From: Nostoc sp. PCC 7120 = FACHB-418
GTDB lineage: Bacteria > Cyanobacteriota > Cyanobacteriia > Cyanobacteriales > Nostocaceae
Length of the DNA stretch: 32,000 bases
NCBI RefSeq assembly: GCF_000009705.1
Contig: NC_003272.1
Coordinates: 690,001 to 722,000 of the forward strand
Direction: 5' to 3'
Shown: positions 18,642-28,009 of the stretch, one piece after another
How the letters are laid out: each line of letters begins with the position of its first letter
Numbering within the stretch: position 1 is the first letter of the stretch
Translations under genes and position numbers: made by a program
The notes under the pieces: generated by a model
The model's input: only the letters and a program-made list of their open reading frames with translations
What the model was told of the DNA's origin: nothing
The model's database searches: none

Positions 18642-18711
18642 TTAATTGTTGACTGTTGACCGTTGACTGTTGACCGTTGACTAATGACCAATGACTAAGG
18701 ACTAATCACTA
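18642..18711. repeat. 10 x 7-nt array occupying the whole nrtB-nrtC spacer
   Basis: The units are ttaattg, ttgactg, ttgaccg, ttgactg, ttgaccg, ttgacta, atgacca, atgacta, aggacta and atcacta. They run from the base after the TAG to the base before the ATG. Confidence 0.9.
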
Positions 18712-20685
18712 ATGCCTACTTTTGTTGAAATTGATCACGTTGATCGGATATTTGATTTACCTAATGGTGGTAGATATATCGCTCTGAAAAATATTGAGTT
18801 GAAAATTAAGCAGGGGGAGTTTGTTTCTTTAATTGGACATTCTGGTTGTGGTAAGTCTACTTTGCTCAATATTATTGCTGGGTTGGATCGAGCTAGTATT
18901 GGCGGTGTGACTTTGGAAGGGCGGGAAATTCGAGAACCGAGTCCAGATAGGATGGTGGTTTTTCAAAATTATTCCCTGCTTCCTTGGTTAACTGTGCGGG
19001 AAAATGTTGCTCTGGCTGTGGATGAGGTTTATCAAGGTAAGTCTAAGGGTGAGCGTCGGGCAATTATTGAAGAACATATTGATATGGTGGGACTGCGCCT
19101 AGCGGCGAATAAACGTCCTAGTGAGTTATCGGGGGGAATGAAACAACGGGTAGCGATCGCCCGCGCTTTAGCTACTCGGCCTAAGTTGTTGCTGTTAGAC
19201 GAACCTTTTGGGGCTTTGGATGCTTTGACACGGGGGAGTTTGCAGGAACAGTTGATGAAAATCTGCAATGAACATCAGATTACTTGTGTGATGGTGACAC
19301 ATGATGTGGATGAGGCGCTGTTGTTGAGCGATCGCGTCGTTATGCTTACCAACGGCCCAGAAGCCCACATTGGGCAGATTCTTGAAGTCCCTATTTCCCG
19401 TCCCCGTCAACGTTTGGAGGTCGTCAAACATCCTAGTTATTACAATCTGCGGAATGAGATAATTTACTTCCTCAACCAACAAAAGCTAGCAAAGAAACGC
19501 CAGACTCAGCAGGCTTCTGCACCATTGGGAACAGCCAAAGCCGTGATCGAAATCGGTTTTATGCCTTTGACTGACTCTGCACCTTTAATTGTCGCTAAAG
19601 AGAAAGGCTTCTTTGCCAAGTATGGCTTAGATAATGTTATCCTCAACCGGGCAAACAACTGGCAGGCGATCGCTACTGGTGTGGTAACTGGCAAATTAGA
19701 TGCAGCCCAAATGGTTGCAGGAATGCCGATTGCGTTGACTTTAGGCGCTGGGAGTCAAACACCTACTCCTGTGATCAACGCCTTAAATCTTTCTCGCAAC
19801 GCTAACGCCATCACCTTTAGCAAAAGACTCTATAACCAAGGAGTGAGAAGCCTAGCTGACTTAAAAGCAGTAATTGATAGTTCTCCAGACCAAATCCTCA
19901 CCTTGGGGGTAGTTCATTCCGCCTCCATGCAAAACCTAATTCTGCGTTACTGGTTAGCGGCTGGCGGTATAGATCCCGATAGAGATGTTAGCTTGACAGT
20001 CATTCCCCCAACCCAAATGGTGTCTCAACTCAAAGCCGGCAACATTGACGGTTACTGTGCAGGAGAACCTTGGAACTACCAAGCTGTCCACGATGATTTA
20101 GGCTTTGTTGCAGCTACAGCTTTAGAAATCTGGTCAGGACAGCCGAAAAAAGTCTTGGGAGTCAGAGAAGATTGGGCGCAAAAATACCCAGAAACCTATC
20201 TTAACCTGGTCAAAGCACTAATAGAAGCCTGCAAATATTGTGACGACCTCCGCAACCGCGAAGAAATCCTCGAAATACTTTGTCGTCCCGAATATCTAGA
20301 TGTGAATCCCGCCTACGTCCGCTCTGGCTTCATCGACCCCTACGATCGCGGCGACGGTACACCACCCCAACAACTCACAGCCTACAACCAGTTTTACCTC
20401 AACAAAACCAACTATCCCAACCGCACCGAAATCTTGTGGATGATAACACAAATGGCACGTTGGGGCTTAACACCATTCCCCAAAAACTGGGTAGAAATCA
20501 CTGAAAGAGTTTGTCGCACAGACATATTCGGTGCAGCAGCCCGCGACCTCGGCTTACTAGATATCGGTGAAGACGACCCCATCCACTTATTCGACGGTAA
20601 ACTTTTTAACCCATCAGAACCAATCGAATACCTCAAAAGCTTAGAAATTAGACGACAAATACGTATTGAAGAAGTGTTTATTTAG
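18712..20685 (+). CDS. nrtC: nitrate/nitrite ABC transporter ATPase with C-terminal NrtA-like regulatory domain
   Basis: 657 aa with Walker [10 protein letters not shown], signature LSGGMKQR and Walker B LLLLDEP. The C-terminal approximately 380 aa are paralogous to NrtA ([25 protein letters not shown]). Confidence 0.95.
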   Translation: MPTFVEIDHVDRIFDLPNGGRYIALKNIELKIKQGEFVSLIGHSGCGKSTLLNIIAGLDRASIGGVTLEGREIREPSPDRMVVFQNYSLLPWLTVRENVALAVDEVYQGKSKGERRAIIEEHIDMVGLRLAANKRPSELSGGMKQRVAIARALATRPKLLLLDEPFGALDALTRGSLQEQLMKICNEHQITCVMVTHDVDEALLLSDRVVMLTNGPEAHIGQILEVPISRPRQRLEVVKHPSYYNLRNEIIYFLNQQKLAKKRQTQQASAPLGTAKAVIEIGFMPLTDSAPLIVAKEKGFFAKYGLDNVILNRANNWQAIATGVVTGKLDAAQMVAGMPIALTLGAGSQTPTPVINALNLSRNANAITFSKRLYNQGVRSLADLKAVIDSSPDQILTLGVVHSASMQNLILRYWLAAGGIDPDRDVSLTVIPPTQMVSQLKAGNIDGYCAGEPWNYQAVHDDLGFVAATALEIWSGQPKKVLGVREDWAQKYPETYLNLVKALIEACKYCDDLRNREEILEILCRPEYLDVNPAYVRSGFIDPYDRGDGTPPQQLTAYNQFYLNKTNYPNRTEILWMITQMARWGLTPFPKNWVEITERVCRTDIFGAAARDLGLLDIGEDDPIHLFDGKLFNPSEPIEYLKSLEIRRQIRIEEVFI

Positions 20686-20703
20686 TCAACAGTCATCTCT
20701 CCT

Positions 20704-20727
20704 CCTTTGCGCCTTTGCGCCTCTGCG
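20704..20727. repeat. octamer tandem repeat cctttgcg x2 + cctctgcg
   Basis: Read directly in the nrtC-nrtD spacer. Confidence 0.7.
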
Positions 20728-20764
20728 TGAGCCAATCATAAATCCATCCAACACCGAAAATAAT

Positions 20765-21598
20765 ATGCAAATAATCAATAGAAATAATCAAACTAACCTA
20801 AAACCTCAAAAAACAGATAACTTCCTAGTAGTTGAAGGCGTAAGCAAAATCTACCCTACCCCCGAAGGCCCCTACACCGTCCTCGATGGAATTGACCTAA
20901 AAGTCCGTGAAGGTGAATTTGTTTGCTTAATCGGTCACTCCGGCTGCGGTAAATCAACCTTACTTAACATGATTTCCGGCTTCAATACACCCAGCGAAGG
21001 CGTAGTTCTCCTGCAAGACAAACCCATCACCGAACCAGGCCCCGACCGGATGATGGTCTTCCAAAACTACTGTTTATTACCTTGGCTGAATGTTTTTGAA
21101 AACGTTTACCTAGCCGTAGATGCAGTATTTCCCAACAAACCCCAAGCCGAAAAACGCGCCATCGTCAGAGAACACTTAGCAATGGTGGGACTGACAGAAG
21201 CCGCCGAGAAGAAGCCTAGCCAGATTTCCGGGGGGATGAAACAACGAGTGGCGATCGCTCGCGCCCTATCCATCCGCCCCCAAGTATTGATTCTCGATGA
21301 ACCTTTCGGCGCATTAGACGCAATCACCAAGGAAGAATTACAAGAAGAACTACTACAAATTTGGAGTGACCATCAAGTCACCGTCCTCATGATTACCCAT
21401 GACATTGATGAAGCCCTATTCCTAGCCGACAGAGTTGTGATGATGACCAACGGCCCAGCCGCCCAAATCGGCGAAATCCTCGATATTCCCTTCGATCGCC
21501 CCCGCAACCGTCGCCGCATCATGGAAGATCCAAAATACTACGACTTGCGGAACTACGCCCTAGATTTCTTGTTTAACCGCTTTGCTCATAATGAGTAG
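20765..21598 (+). CDS. nrtD: nitrate/nitrite ABC transporter ATPase
   Basis: ATG at 20765 (MQIINRN...) with Walker [18 protein letters not shown]-like ISGGMKQR and Walker B LILDEP. The track's start at 20666 would overlap nrtC and read through a repeat. Confidence 0.9.
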   Translation: MQIINRNNQTNLKPQKTDNFLVVEGVSKIYPTPEGPYTVLDGIDLKVREGEFVCLIGHSGCGKSTLLNMISGFNTPSEGVVLLQDKPITEPGPDRMMVFQNYCLLPWLNVFENVYLAVDAVFPNKPQAEKRAIVREHLAMVGLTEAAEKKPSQISGGMKQRVAIARALSIRPQVLILDEPFGALDAITKEELQEELLQIWSDHQVTVLMITHDIDEALFLADRVVMMTNGPAAQIGEILDIPFDRPRNRRRIMEDPKYYDLRNYALDFLFNRFAHNE

Positions 21599-21691
21599 TC
21601 ATTAGTCAACAGTCAACAGTCATCAGTCTATTTTCTTCCCCCTGCTCACTACCCCACTCTTTTTTTGAATTTTGAATTTTGAATTTTGAAT
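21599..21691. repeat. inverted-repeat arm B (tcaNcag heptamers, unique core, 4 x tttgaat) in the nrtD-narB spacer
   Basis: This is the reverse complement of arm A (16308-16405). It has one extra tttgaat unit and one extra tcaacag unit. Confidence 0.9.
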
Positions 21692-21706
21692 TCGGAGCGA
21701 AGCGAC

Positions 21707-23947
21707 GTGACTGAATCTACCAAAACCCTATGTCCTTATTGTGGTGTCGGCTGTGGACTAGAAGTAACACCACCCGCCCAACTCAACAAAGCCACAAATC
21801 GAGATAGCCAAGGAAATCCAACTTGGCGGGTGCGGGGTGATAAAGCCCATCCATCTAGCCAGGGTATGGTTTGTGTCAAAGGGGCAACGATCGCCGAATC
21901 TTTGGATAAAAATAGATTACATTACCCAATGGTACGGGAATCACTTGATCAAGAGTTCCGCCGTGTCAGTTGGGATGAAGCTTTTGACCTCATCACCAAG
22001 CGTATTCAATCTGTGCGCTTTACCCAGGGGGCGGAAGCTATATGTATGTATGGTTCCGGTCAATTCCAAACGGAGGATTACTACATAGCCCAAAAACTGA
22101 TGAAAGGTTGTTTGGGTAGCAATAATTTTGATGCTAACTCTCGGCTATGTATGTCTAGTGCGGTCTCTGGGTATATTCAAAGTTTTGGGGCTGATGGGCC
22201 TCCCTGCTGCTATGAAGATTTGGAGTTAACTGACTGTGCATTTTTAATTGGGACAAATACCGCCGAATGTCACCCGATTGTTTTTAACCGCCTGGAGAAG
22301 TACCACAGAAAAAACCATAAGGTAAAAATGATTGTGGTTGATCCTCGACGCACACCCACAGCCGAAGCAGCTGATTTACATTTGGCGATTAAACCGGGTA
22401 CAGATATTGACTTGTTAAATGGAATTGCTCATTTGTTAATGCGTTGGAACATGATAGATGTCGGTTTCATCGATGACTGTACCAGAAACTTTTCGGCTTA
22501 CGCTGAGGTAATTCGCCACTATTCGCCGGAGGTAGTAGCTCGTCAATGTGGTATCACCATCGAAGATTTAGAAACCGCCTCCCGTTATTGGGGTGAATCG
22601 CAGCGTGTGTTGTCCTTATGGTCGATGGGTGTAAATCAATCAAGTGAAGGTACAGCCAAAGTCAGAACGATTATTAACCTGCATTTGATGACGGGACAAG
22701 TCGGAAAACCAGGGGCTGGGCCTTTCTCTCTCACTGGTCAACCGAATGCAATGGGAGGAAGGGAAGCAGGCGGTTTAGCTCATTTATTACCGGGTTATCG
22801 ATTGGTGAAAAATCCCCAACACCGGGCAGAATTAGAAGCATTTTGGGGATTCCAGCCAGGGCAAATTTCACCCCATCCTGGTTTAACTGCATGGGACATG
22901 ATCACTGGCTTGGAAGACGGTAACGTGGGTTTACTGTGGATTGCGGCTACTAACCCAGCTGTAAGTATGCCAGATTTGGAACGGACGAAAAAGGCATTAT
23001 TGCGATCGCCTTTCACCATCTACCAAGATGCTTACCACCCCACAGAAACTACAGCTTATGCCCATGTCTTGTTACCAGCAGCCCAGTGGGGTGAAAAAAC
23101 TGGTATCATGACTAACTCAGAACGTCGAGTTACCCTATGTCAAGCCTTCCGCCAACCACCACGAGAAGCTAAACCAGATTGGGAAATCTTCGCAGAAGTG
23201 GGACGCAGATTAGGTTTTGAGGACAAGTTCGCCTTTACTAACTCAGCCCAAGTATACGCCGAGTTTACCCAACTGACCAAGGGTCGCCCTTGTGATATGT
23301 CTGGTATCAGCCATCAACAATTGCAAGCCCAAGGCCCCACTCAATGGCCCCACTCCTCTATAAATATCGAAACACAAAAACCAACTCAACACCCAACAGT
23401 CAACAGTCAACAGTCAACAGTCACCAGTCAACAGTCAAAAAGACTCTACACTGATTTACGTTTTCATACCCCTGATGGTCGCGCTCGATTTGGCGCATAT
23501 TATTCTAAGGGATTAGCAGAACCACCAGACCCTAGTTATCCTTTTGTGTTGACTACTGGACGATTATACGGACATTGGCACACCCAAACCCGTACTGGTC
23601 GCATTGAAAAAATCCGCGCCATGCACCCCGAACCATTTATCGAAATTCATCCTCGTGATGCGGCGAAGTTAGGCATTACTGATAATGTGGTGGTGGAAGT
23701 GCGATCGCGTCGAGGTAGCGCCAAGTTTCCCGCCAAGGTGACAAAAGCTATTTCCCCAGGTACAGTTTTTGTGCCTATGCACTGGGGTAAACTCTGGGCA
23801 GATGACGCAGAAGCTAACGCCCTCACCCATTCAGAATCTTGCCCCGATTCACTGCAACCAGAATTAAAAGCCTGTGCAGTCCAATTAATACCAATCTCCG
23901 TAGAAAACACAGCCCAAAATTATCAACTCCAGTCATCTCAGTGGTAA
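21707..23947 (+). CDS. narB: ferredoxin-dependent assimilatory nitrate reductase (molybdopterin oxidoreductase)
   Basis: The N-terminal 4Fe-4S motif CPYCGVGCG...C is present, followed by MGD-binding domains and a C-terminal barrel ([14 protein letters not shown]...). I prefer GTG at 21707, with GGAG at 21694-21697, over the TTG at 21686, which lies inside the heptamer array. The start remains uncertain. Confidence 0.92.
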   Translation: MTESTKTLCPYCGVGCGLEVTPPAQLNKATNRDSQGNPTWRVRGDKAHPSSQGMVCVKGATIAESLDKNRLHYPMVRESLDQEFRRVSWDEAFDLITKRIQSVRFTQGAEAICMYGSGQFQTEDYYIAQKLMKGCLGSNNFDANSRLCMSSAVSGYIQSFGADGPPCCYEDLELTDCAFLIGTNTAECHPIVFNRLEKYHRKNHKVKMIVVDPRRTPTAEAADLHLAIKPGTDIDLLNGIAHLLMRWNMIDVGFIDDCTRNFSAYAEVIRHYSPEVVARQCGITIEDLETASRYWGESQRVLSLWSMGVNQSSEGTAKVRTIINLHLMTGQVGKPGAGPFSLTGQPNAMGGREAGGLAHLLPGYRLVKNPQHRAELEAFWGFQPGQISPHPGLTAWDMITGLEDGNVGLLWIAATNPAVSMPDLERTKKALLRSPFTIYQDAYHPTETTAYAHVLLPAAQWGEKTGIMTNSERRVTLCQAFRQPPREAKPDWEIFAEVGRRLGFEDKFAFTNSAQVYAEFTQLTKGRPCDMSGISHQQLQAQGPTQWPHSSINIETQKPTQHPTVNSQQSTVTSQQSKRLYTDLRFHTPDGRARFGAYYSKGLAEPPDPSYPFVLTTGRLYGHWHTQTRTGRIEKIRAMHPEPFIEIHPRDAAKLGITDNVVVEVRSRRGSAKFPAKVTKAISPGTVFVPMHWGKLWADDAEANALTHSESCPDSLQPELKACAVQLIPISVENTAQNYQLQSSQW
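23395..23436 (+). repeat. STRR3-type heptamer array (caacagt x4, caccagt, caacagt) inside the narB reading frame
   Basis: Six units (42 nt, 14 codons) encode part of the Q/S/T-rich stretch [15 protein letters not shown]. Confidence 0.9.
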
Positions 23948-23986
23948 GCTGTTACGCATTTAAATTGTATATTTCGCACTCAGGTT

Positions 23987-24014
23987 GTCAAAAGTCAAAA
24001 GTCAAAAGTCCAAG
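23987..24014. repeat. gtcaaaa x3 (+1 degenerate) array; a second array in direct orientation at 24107-24127
   Basis: Read directly downstream of narB. Confidence 0.8.
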
Positions 24015-24212
24015 CTAGCCTTTGACCCTGTACTCTTGACTGTGGACAGATATGAGGCAAGAATAGTTGATTTAGGCGCGTATCAGCTTAGTAGCGTAAG
24101 GCAGAAGTCAAAAGTCAAAAGTCGAAAAAACCGTATTCCGGGCTTTTACACCATTTGAAATGGTATGTTTATCTTGGCTTACAAAGACTGACTGAGAATT
24201 GGGGTGCAGCCA

Positions 24213-24671
24213 ATGAGGAAAATAATTAGGCAAATTTTGGGAATCACGAAAGATGAGAACTTCATGCACGCTATTGAACATATAGAAGTGCTGGTTTCTA
24301 AAGTTCTATCTATTTTTATGGTAGTAGTAATTTTAGTGGCGATCGCTGATTTAGCAATTTTCATTATTAAGGAAGTATTTACTACACCCTACGGCTCAAT
24401 TAACACAACACTATTTAAAGTCTTTGGTTTATTTTTAAATATCCTCATTGCTTTAGAAATTTTAGAAAATATTACAGCTTATCTCAAGAGACACGTTTTC
24501 CAGGTTGAGTTAGTAATTGTTACTTCTTTGATCGCTGTAGCTAGAAAAATTATTATTCTTGATTTAGAAAAAGTGAAAGGGATTGATATTATTGGCTTGG
24601 GCGTGGCAATTTTAGCTCTGTCAATTAGTTATTTAATCATTCGTTTTAGTAATTCCAACAACAGACATTAA
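24213..24671 (+). CDS. PsiE-like (phosphate-starvation-inducible E family) membrane protein
   Basis: About 152 aa with four predicted TM helices. The LNILIALEILENI...VTSLIAVARKIIILD pattern resembles the PsiE family. The start is ATG at 24213 or GTG at 24204. Confidence 0.6.
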   Translation: MRKIIRQILGITKDENFMHAIEHIEVLVSKVLSIFMVVVILVAIADLAIFIIKEVFTTPYGSINTTLFKVFGLFLNILIALEILENITAYLKRHVFQVELVIVTSLIAVARKIIILDLEKVKGIDIIGLGVAILALSISYLIIRFSNSNNRH

Positions 24672-24770
24672 CTTGTTTTAAATATATTTTAAAATACTCC
24701 ATTTTTTGTTATCATTCTAATTTAATAGAAGCAATTTTGGTATTGAAATTATAATTTCAATCGCTCATTT

Positions 24771-25232
24771 ATGGCAGAATTCTTTGAATTTGAATCAGAT
24801 TTTGTTGATTCCCTGCGCTGCATACCTATGCAGGTGCGCTATAAACTTGATACCTGCGGCATTAAGCTAAAATTAGCTGACTGGAACCAGATGACTCAAG
24901 CCGAAAGAGAGGCTTTAGTTGAATTACCTTGCACGACAGCAGCAGAAATTCAATCTTACCAAGAATATATCCAACATTTAATTATCAATCGAACTGGTAC
25001 ACCACCTGGAAATTTACCGATTGACTCTAAGCCAGCTTGGCTAGACTCTAGCAGCATACCAGATAGCATTGAAGATAAAGCTCAAGAAATAGGCGTGACT
25101 TTAACTTTGTCACAGTGGGTAAATTTAACGCCCTTACAACGTTTTGCTTTAATTAAACTCAGCCGTTCAGGACATGAAAACAAAAATTTTCCCAAGGCGA
25201 TCGCCGAGTTTAATATAAGTAGAATAGGGTAG
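24771..25232 (+). CDS. narM: nitrate reductase-associated protein (NarM family)
   Basis: 153 aa. The N-terminal FEFESDFVDSLRCIPMQVRYKLDTCGIKL matches my recollection of the cyanobacterial nitrate-reductase-associated family. It lies just downstream of narB. Confidence 0.7.
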   Translation: MAEFFEFESDFVDSLRCIPMQVRYKLDTCGIKLKLADWNQMTQAEREALVELPCTTAAEIQSYQEYIQHLIINRTGTPPGNLPIDSKPAWLDSSSIPDSIEDKAQEIGVTLTLSQWVNLTPLQRFALIKLSRSGHENKNFPKAIAEFNISRIG

Positions 25233-25244
25233 GTAATTAAAGGT

Positions 25245-25315
25245 TTGTAGTGAGGAATTTAGTTTTCTCTGCGAGACGCTCCGCGAACAAAAAAAGACTA
25301 AAGTCCTTACTACTA
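25245..25315. repeat. second copy of the ttgtagtgagga...tccttactac hairpin repeat, with a 32-nt insert in the loop
   Basis: The arms are ttgtagtgaggaatttagt and gactaaagtccttactacta. The loop is tttctctgcgagacgctccgcgaacaaaaaaa. Confidence 0.65.
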
Positions 25316-25471
25316 ACTCAATCCCATTGTTTTTACATGATTTAACATAGTTAGTTTTTTTTAGTCGTTTTCTTAGTTTAATTGGTAATTGGTAAAAGGT
25401 GTCGGGTACTAAATTTGAGCATCCCGAAGTAGCTACAGTCTAGTCAAACTTATATACGGGCTTTGAAAAAT

Positions 25472-25498
25472 AAAACCCCGTTTATTCAACGGGGTTTT
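25472..25498. terminator. bidirectional intrinsic terminator candidate
   Basis: The 11-bp stem aaaaccccgtt/aacggggtttt has a 5-nt loop. An A-run lies upstream and a U-run is part of the stem or follows it on both strands. Confidence 0.6.
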
Positions 25499-25817
25499 AT
25501 CTGTGGCAATTTTGTAGTGCTGCCACTGTATGAAATTTTTAAGGCACAGCAATTATCTTGATTCAAATAAAATTTTATGGCATATATCAAGGTATCTTTT
25601 ATATCTTTATAAAGATATGAATATCTATCAATCGGCTGAGTTTTAAGGATTTGATCAAGGGGAAAAGATGTTGTAGGTATCTTTTCCCTTTGCTTTTATC
25701 ACTTTGCTTTTAAGTTATACCAATTCACAAAATATTTAAGACAGTCGCTACGTTGGTTGATACGCATCTGTTGCATTTTTTTCGGGAAATGGTATTAGTT
25801 TACTTTTGGCGATCGCA

Positions 25818-26369
25818 CTAGCGAGACTTACTAGTCTTGGAACCGCCTGCTGATTGGGCTTCTTGAATTAACTGCGGCAGATGTTGCTCTATTTTTTGAG
25901 ATGTTTGCTCTTCCTGCTGCAAGTTTTGCCGTAACAGTTGTACGACTTGATCTTGTCCCATCTGTTCGGCGGCTCGAATTAAACCACGGTAACAGGCAAT
26001 TTCTAGCTGTTCCACTTTGGCTTGACCACCAGCTAGCCCTAGATTAAGAATTTGTTGATTTTCAGAAGCTAGGAGCATTAACTTTTGACCATCACTGACA
26101 AGACCAGCAGCAGCATCACAAGTAACCCGCCTTGGTTGCTGTCCCAAAGCGTTGAACACCTGTTCTAGATTGCGAATTTGCTGTTCTGTTTCGCGGATGT
26201 GAGTTTCAATCAAAGACCTGAGTTGACTATTTTGGCAACACTGCAACATTGTCTGTTGGGCTTCCCAGAAGCGATGTTCCGCGTCATACATAGCACCAAC
26301 TTCGTAGATAAACTTTTCTTGGAAGTTGTTGATTCTGGCAGTTCCTGGACGTTCGCTTAGTTGAACCAT
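25818..26369 (-). CDS. DUF892 / YciE-YciF ferritin-like stress protein
   Basis: 183 aa of helical repeats. The LEIACYRGLIRAAE motif parallels E. coli YciE FEIACYTSLLAAA. Confidence 0.8.
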   Translation of the reverse strand: MVQLSERPGTARINNFQEKFIYEVGAMYDAEHRFWEAQQTMLQCCQNSQLRSLIETHIRETEQQIRNLEQVFNALGQQPRRVTCDAAAGLVSDGQKLMLLASENQQILNLGLAGGQAKVEQLEIACYRGLIRAAEQMGQDQVVQLLRQNLQQEEQTSQKIEQHLPQLIQEAQSAGGSKTSKSR

Positions 26370-26600
26370 TGTTCTTCTCCTGAACTTCGGTTGACCCCTC
26401 TAAACTACGTTTGTCCCTCAAGGCTTCTCGTCTTACCTAAGACACAACAGACGTTAAATACTGTTAATTCTCAATGCTAAGACAGATACAAAAAACTCTA
26501 AGAAGGCGGAAAACACTCTACTCTCATTCCTGAACTCCCGACCAAGCCACATGAGACATCAGGTAAAGTAAAGATACATTAAGAATGCGCTGAGAATTAA

Positions 26601-27281
26601 ATGACTGTTTCACAATTGCAGGAAATTTCTGCTCAGTTAGAAAGTCCAGATTTGCGCGATCGCATGGTAGCTCTTGCTAATTTGCGAAATATAGCTGCTG
26701 AGGATGCTGTACCTTTAATTAAAAAGGTATTGGACGACGAATCTTTACAGCTGCGATCGATGGCAATCTTTGCTCTAGGCATCAAACAAACAGCAGAATG
26801 TTACCCAATCTTGGCAACCATTCTCCAAAATGACCCAGATTATGGCATTCGCGCTGATGCGGCTGGCGCATTGGGATACTTGGGTGATATTAGAGCCTTT
26901 GAAGTGCTGTCACGAGCATTTTACGAAGACACAGACTGGTTAGTCCGTTTTAGTGCGGCAGTTTCTCTTGGTAATCTCAAAGACCCACGCGCCCATGAAG
27001 TCTTGATGCAGGCGTTAGATAGCAAAGAAGGAGTCATCCAGCAAGCTGCTATCTCTGCCTTAGGTGAAATACAAGATATTGAGTCGGTTGATAGTATCCT
27101 GCGCTTTGCTCAGTCAGATGATTGGTTGGTGCGCCAACGTCTGGCAGAATCCTTGGGTAATCTTCCCACTCCCAAGAGTGTATCAGCTTTAAAATACTTA
27201 GAAAAAGACAGTCATCCTAATGTTGCCGAAGCTGCGAGGATTGGTCTAAAAAGACTTGAGGAAATGGGTAATCAAGCTTAA
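26601..27281 (+). CDS. HEAT-repeat protein (PBS-lyase HEAT-like, CpcE/NblB type)
   Basis: 226 aa with about six repeats of the form D..VR..A..ALG. Confidence 0.8.
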   Translation: MTVSQLQEISAQLESPDLRDRMVALANLRNIAAEDAVPLIKKVLDDESLQLRSMAIFALGIKQTAECYPILATILQNDPDYGIRADAAGALGYLGDIRAFEVLSRAFYEDTDWLVRFSAAVSLGNLKDPRAHEVLMQALDSKEGVIQQAAISALGEIQDIESVDSILRFAQSDDWLVRQRLAESLGNLPTPKSVSALKYLEKDSHPNVAEAARIGLKRLEEMGNQA

Positions 27282-27352
27282 TATCACGTCCCATACTAGC
27301 TTTTAATAATAATAAGTGGGATTTTTAAATTAAGACTCAGGGAATTTAATTC

Positions 27353-27919
27353 ATGAATATTGAAGAATTTTTTGAATTGAGTGCAGGTAAATGGTTTTCT
27401 CATCGTACCAGTCATCATTTAGCTTTTAAGCAATCGGAAGATGGCAAGTCTGATCTGGTAATTGAGTCACTAGCCGCAGATCATCCAGAAGTCATCAAGT
27501 TGTGCGAATTGTACGAAGTTCCTGCTAGTGCTGCTTCATGCGGTGCGAGGGTTAGCTGGAACGGTACTATGGAATGGGATGAAGAAAAACATACTGGATC
27601 TACAGTGTTAGCTACTGTACCAGATGTGGATAATCCCAACGAAGGTAGATTACTGCGGGAAATGGGTTATGCCGAGAAAGCCCCTGTAGCTGGACGTTAC
27701 AAGATGGGCGACGATGGCGCTTTGACTCTGACGACAGAGTACGAAACCATGTGGTCAGAAGAACGCTTATGGTTTGCTAGCCCTAATTTACGGATGCGCG
27801 TCAGTGTCTTAAAGCGTTTTGGGGGCTTTAGTATGGCTTCCTTTACTTCTGAGATTCGGATGGGCGGAAGTCCGGCTGCGGCGAAAGCTGAGGAAGCGGC
27901 TAATTCTGCATCAAGTTAA
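27353..27919 (+). CDS. cpcS: CpcS/CpeS-family phycobiliprotein Cys-84 bilin lyase
   Basis: The N-terminus [25 protein letters not shown] is the hallmark start of the CpcS/CpeS lipocalin-like lyases. At 188 aa, the position fits alr0617 as I recall it. Confidence 0.85.
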
Positions 27920-28009
27920 AAGGAGGCAGGAGATGGGGAGTGGTAAGGCTTGTGAAACTTCCTTCATCATGGCTCCTCCTGCCTCCTGCCCCCTTAAATC
28001 AGGCTAATT

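Noticed and set aside
20666-20764. N-terminal extension of nrtD from the ORF track start.
   Set aside because: It would overlap the nrtC 3' end and translate the cctttgcg octamer repeat. ATG at 20765 gives a normal ABC ATPase N-terminus.
21686-21706. TTG start of narB from the ORF track.
   Set aside because: The TTG is part of the tttgaat heptamer array. GTG at 21707 has a GGAG 9 nt upstream and sits just before the conserved CPYCGVGCG cluster. This is not proven.
25530-25646. 38-aa ATG ORF (MKFLRHSNYLDS...) in the long spacer.
   Set aside because: It has no SD, its composition is AT-driven, and it reads through the 18-nt palindrome. It is most likely noncoding.
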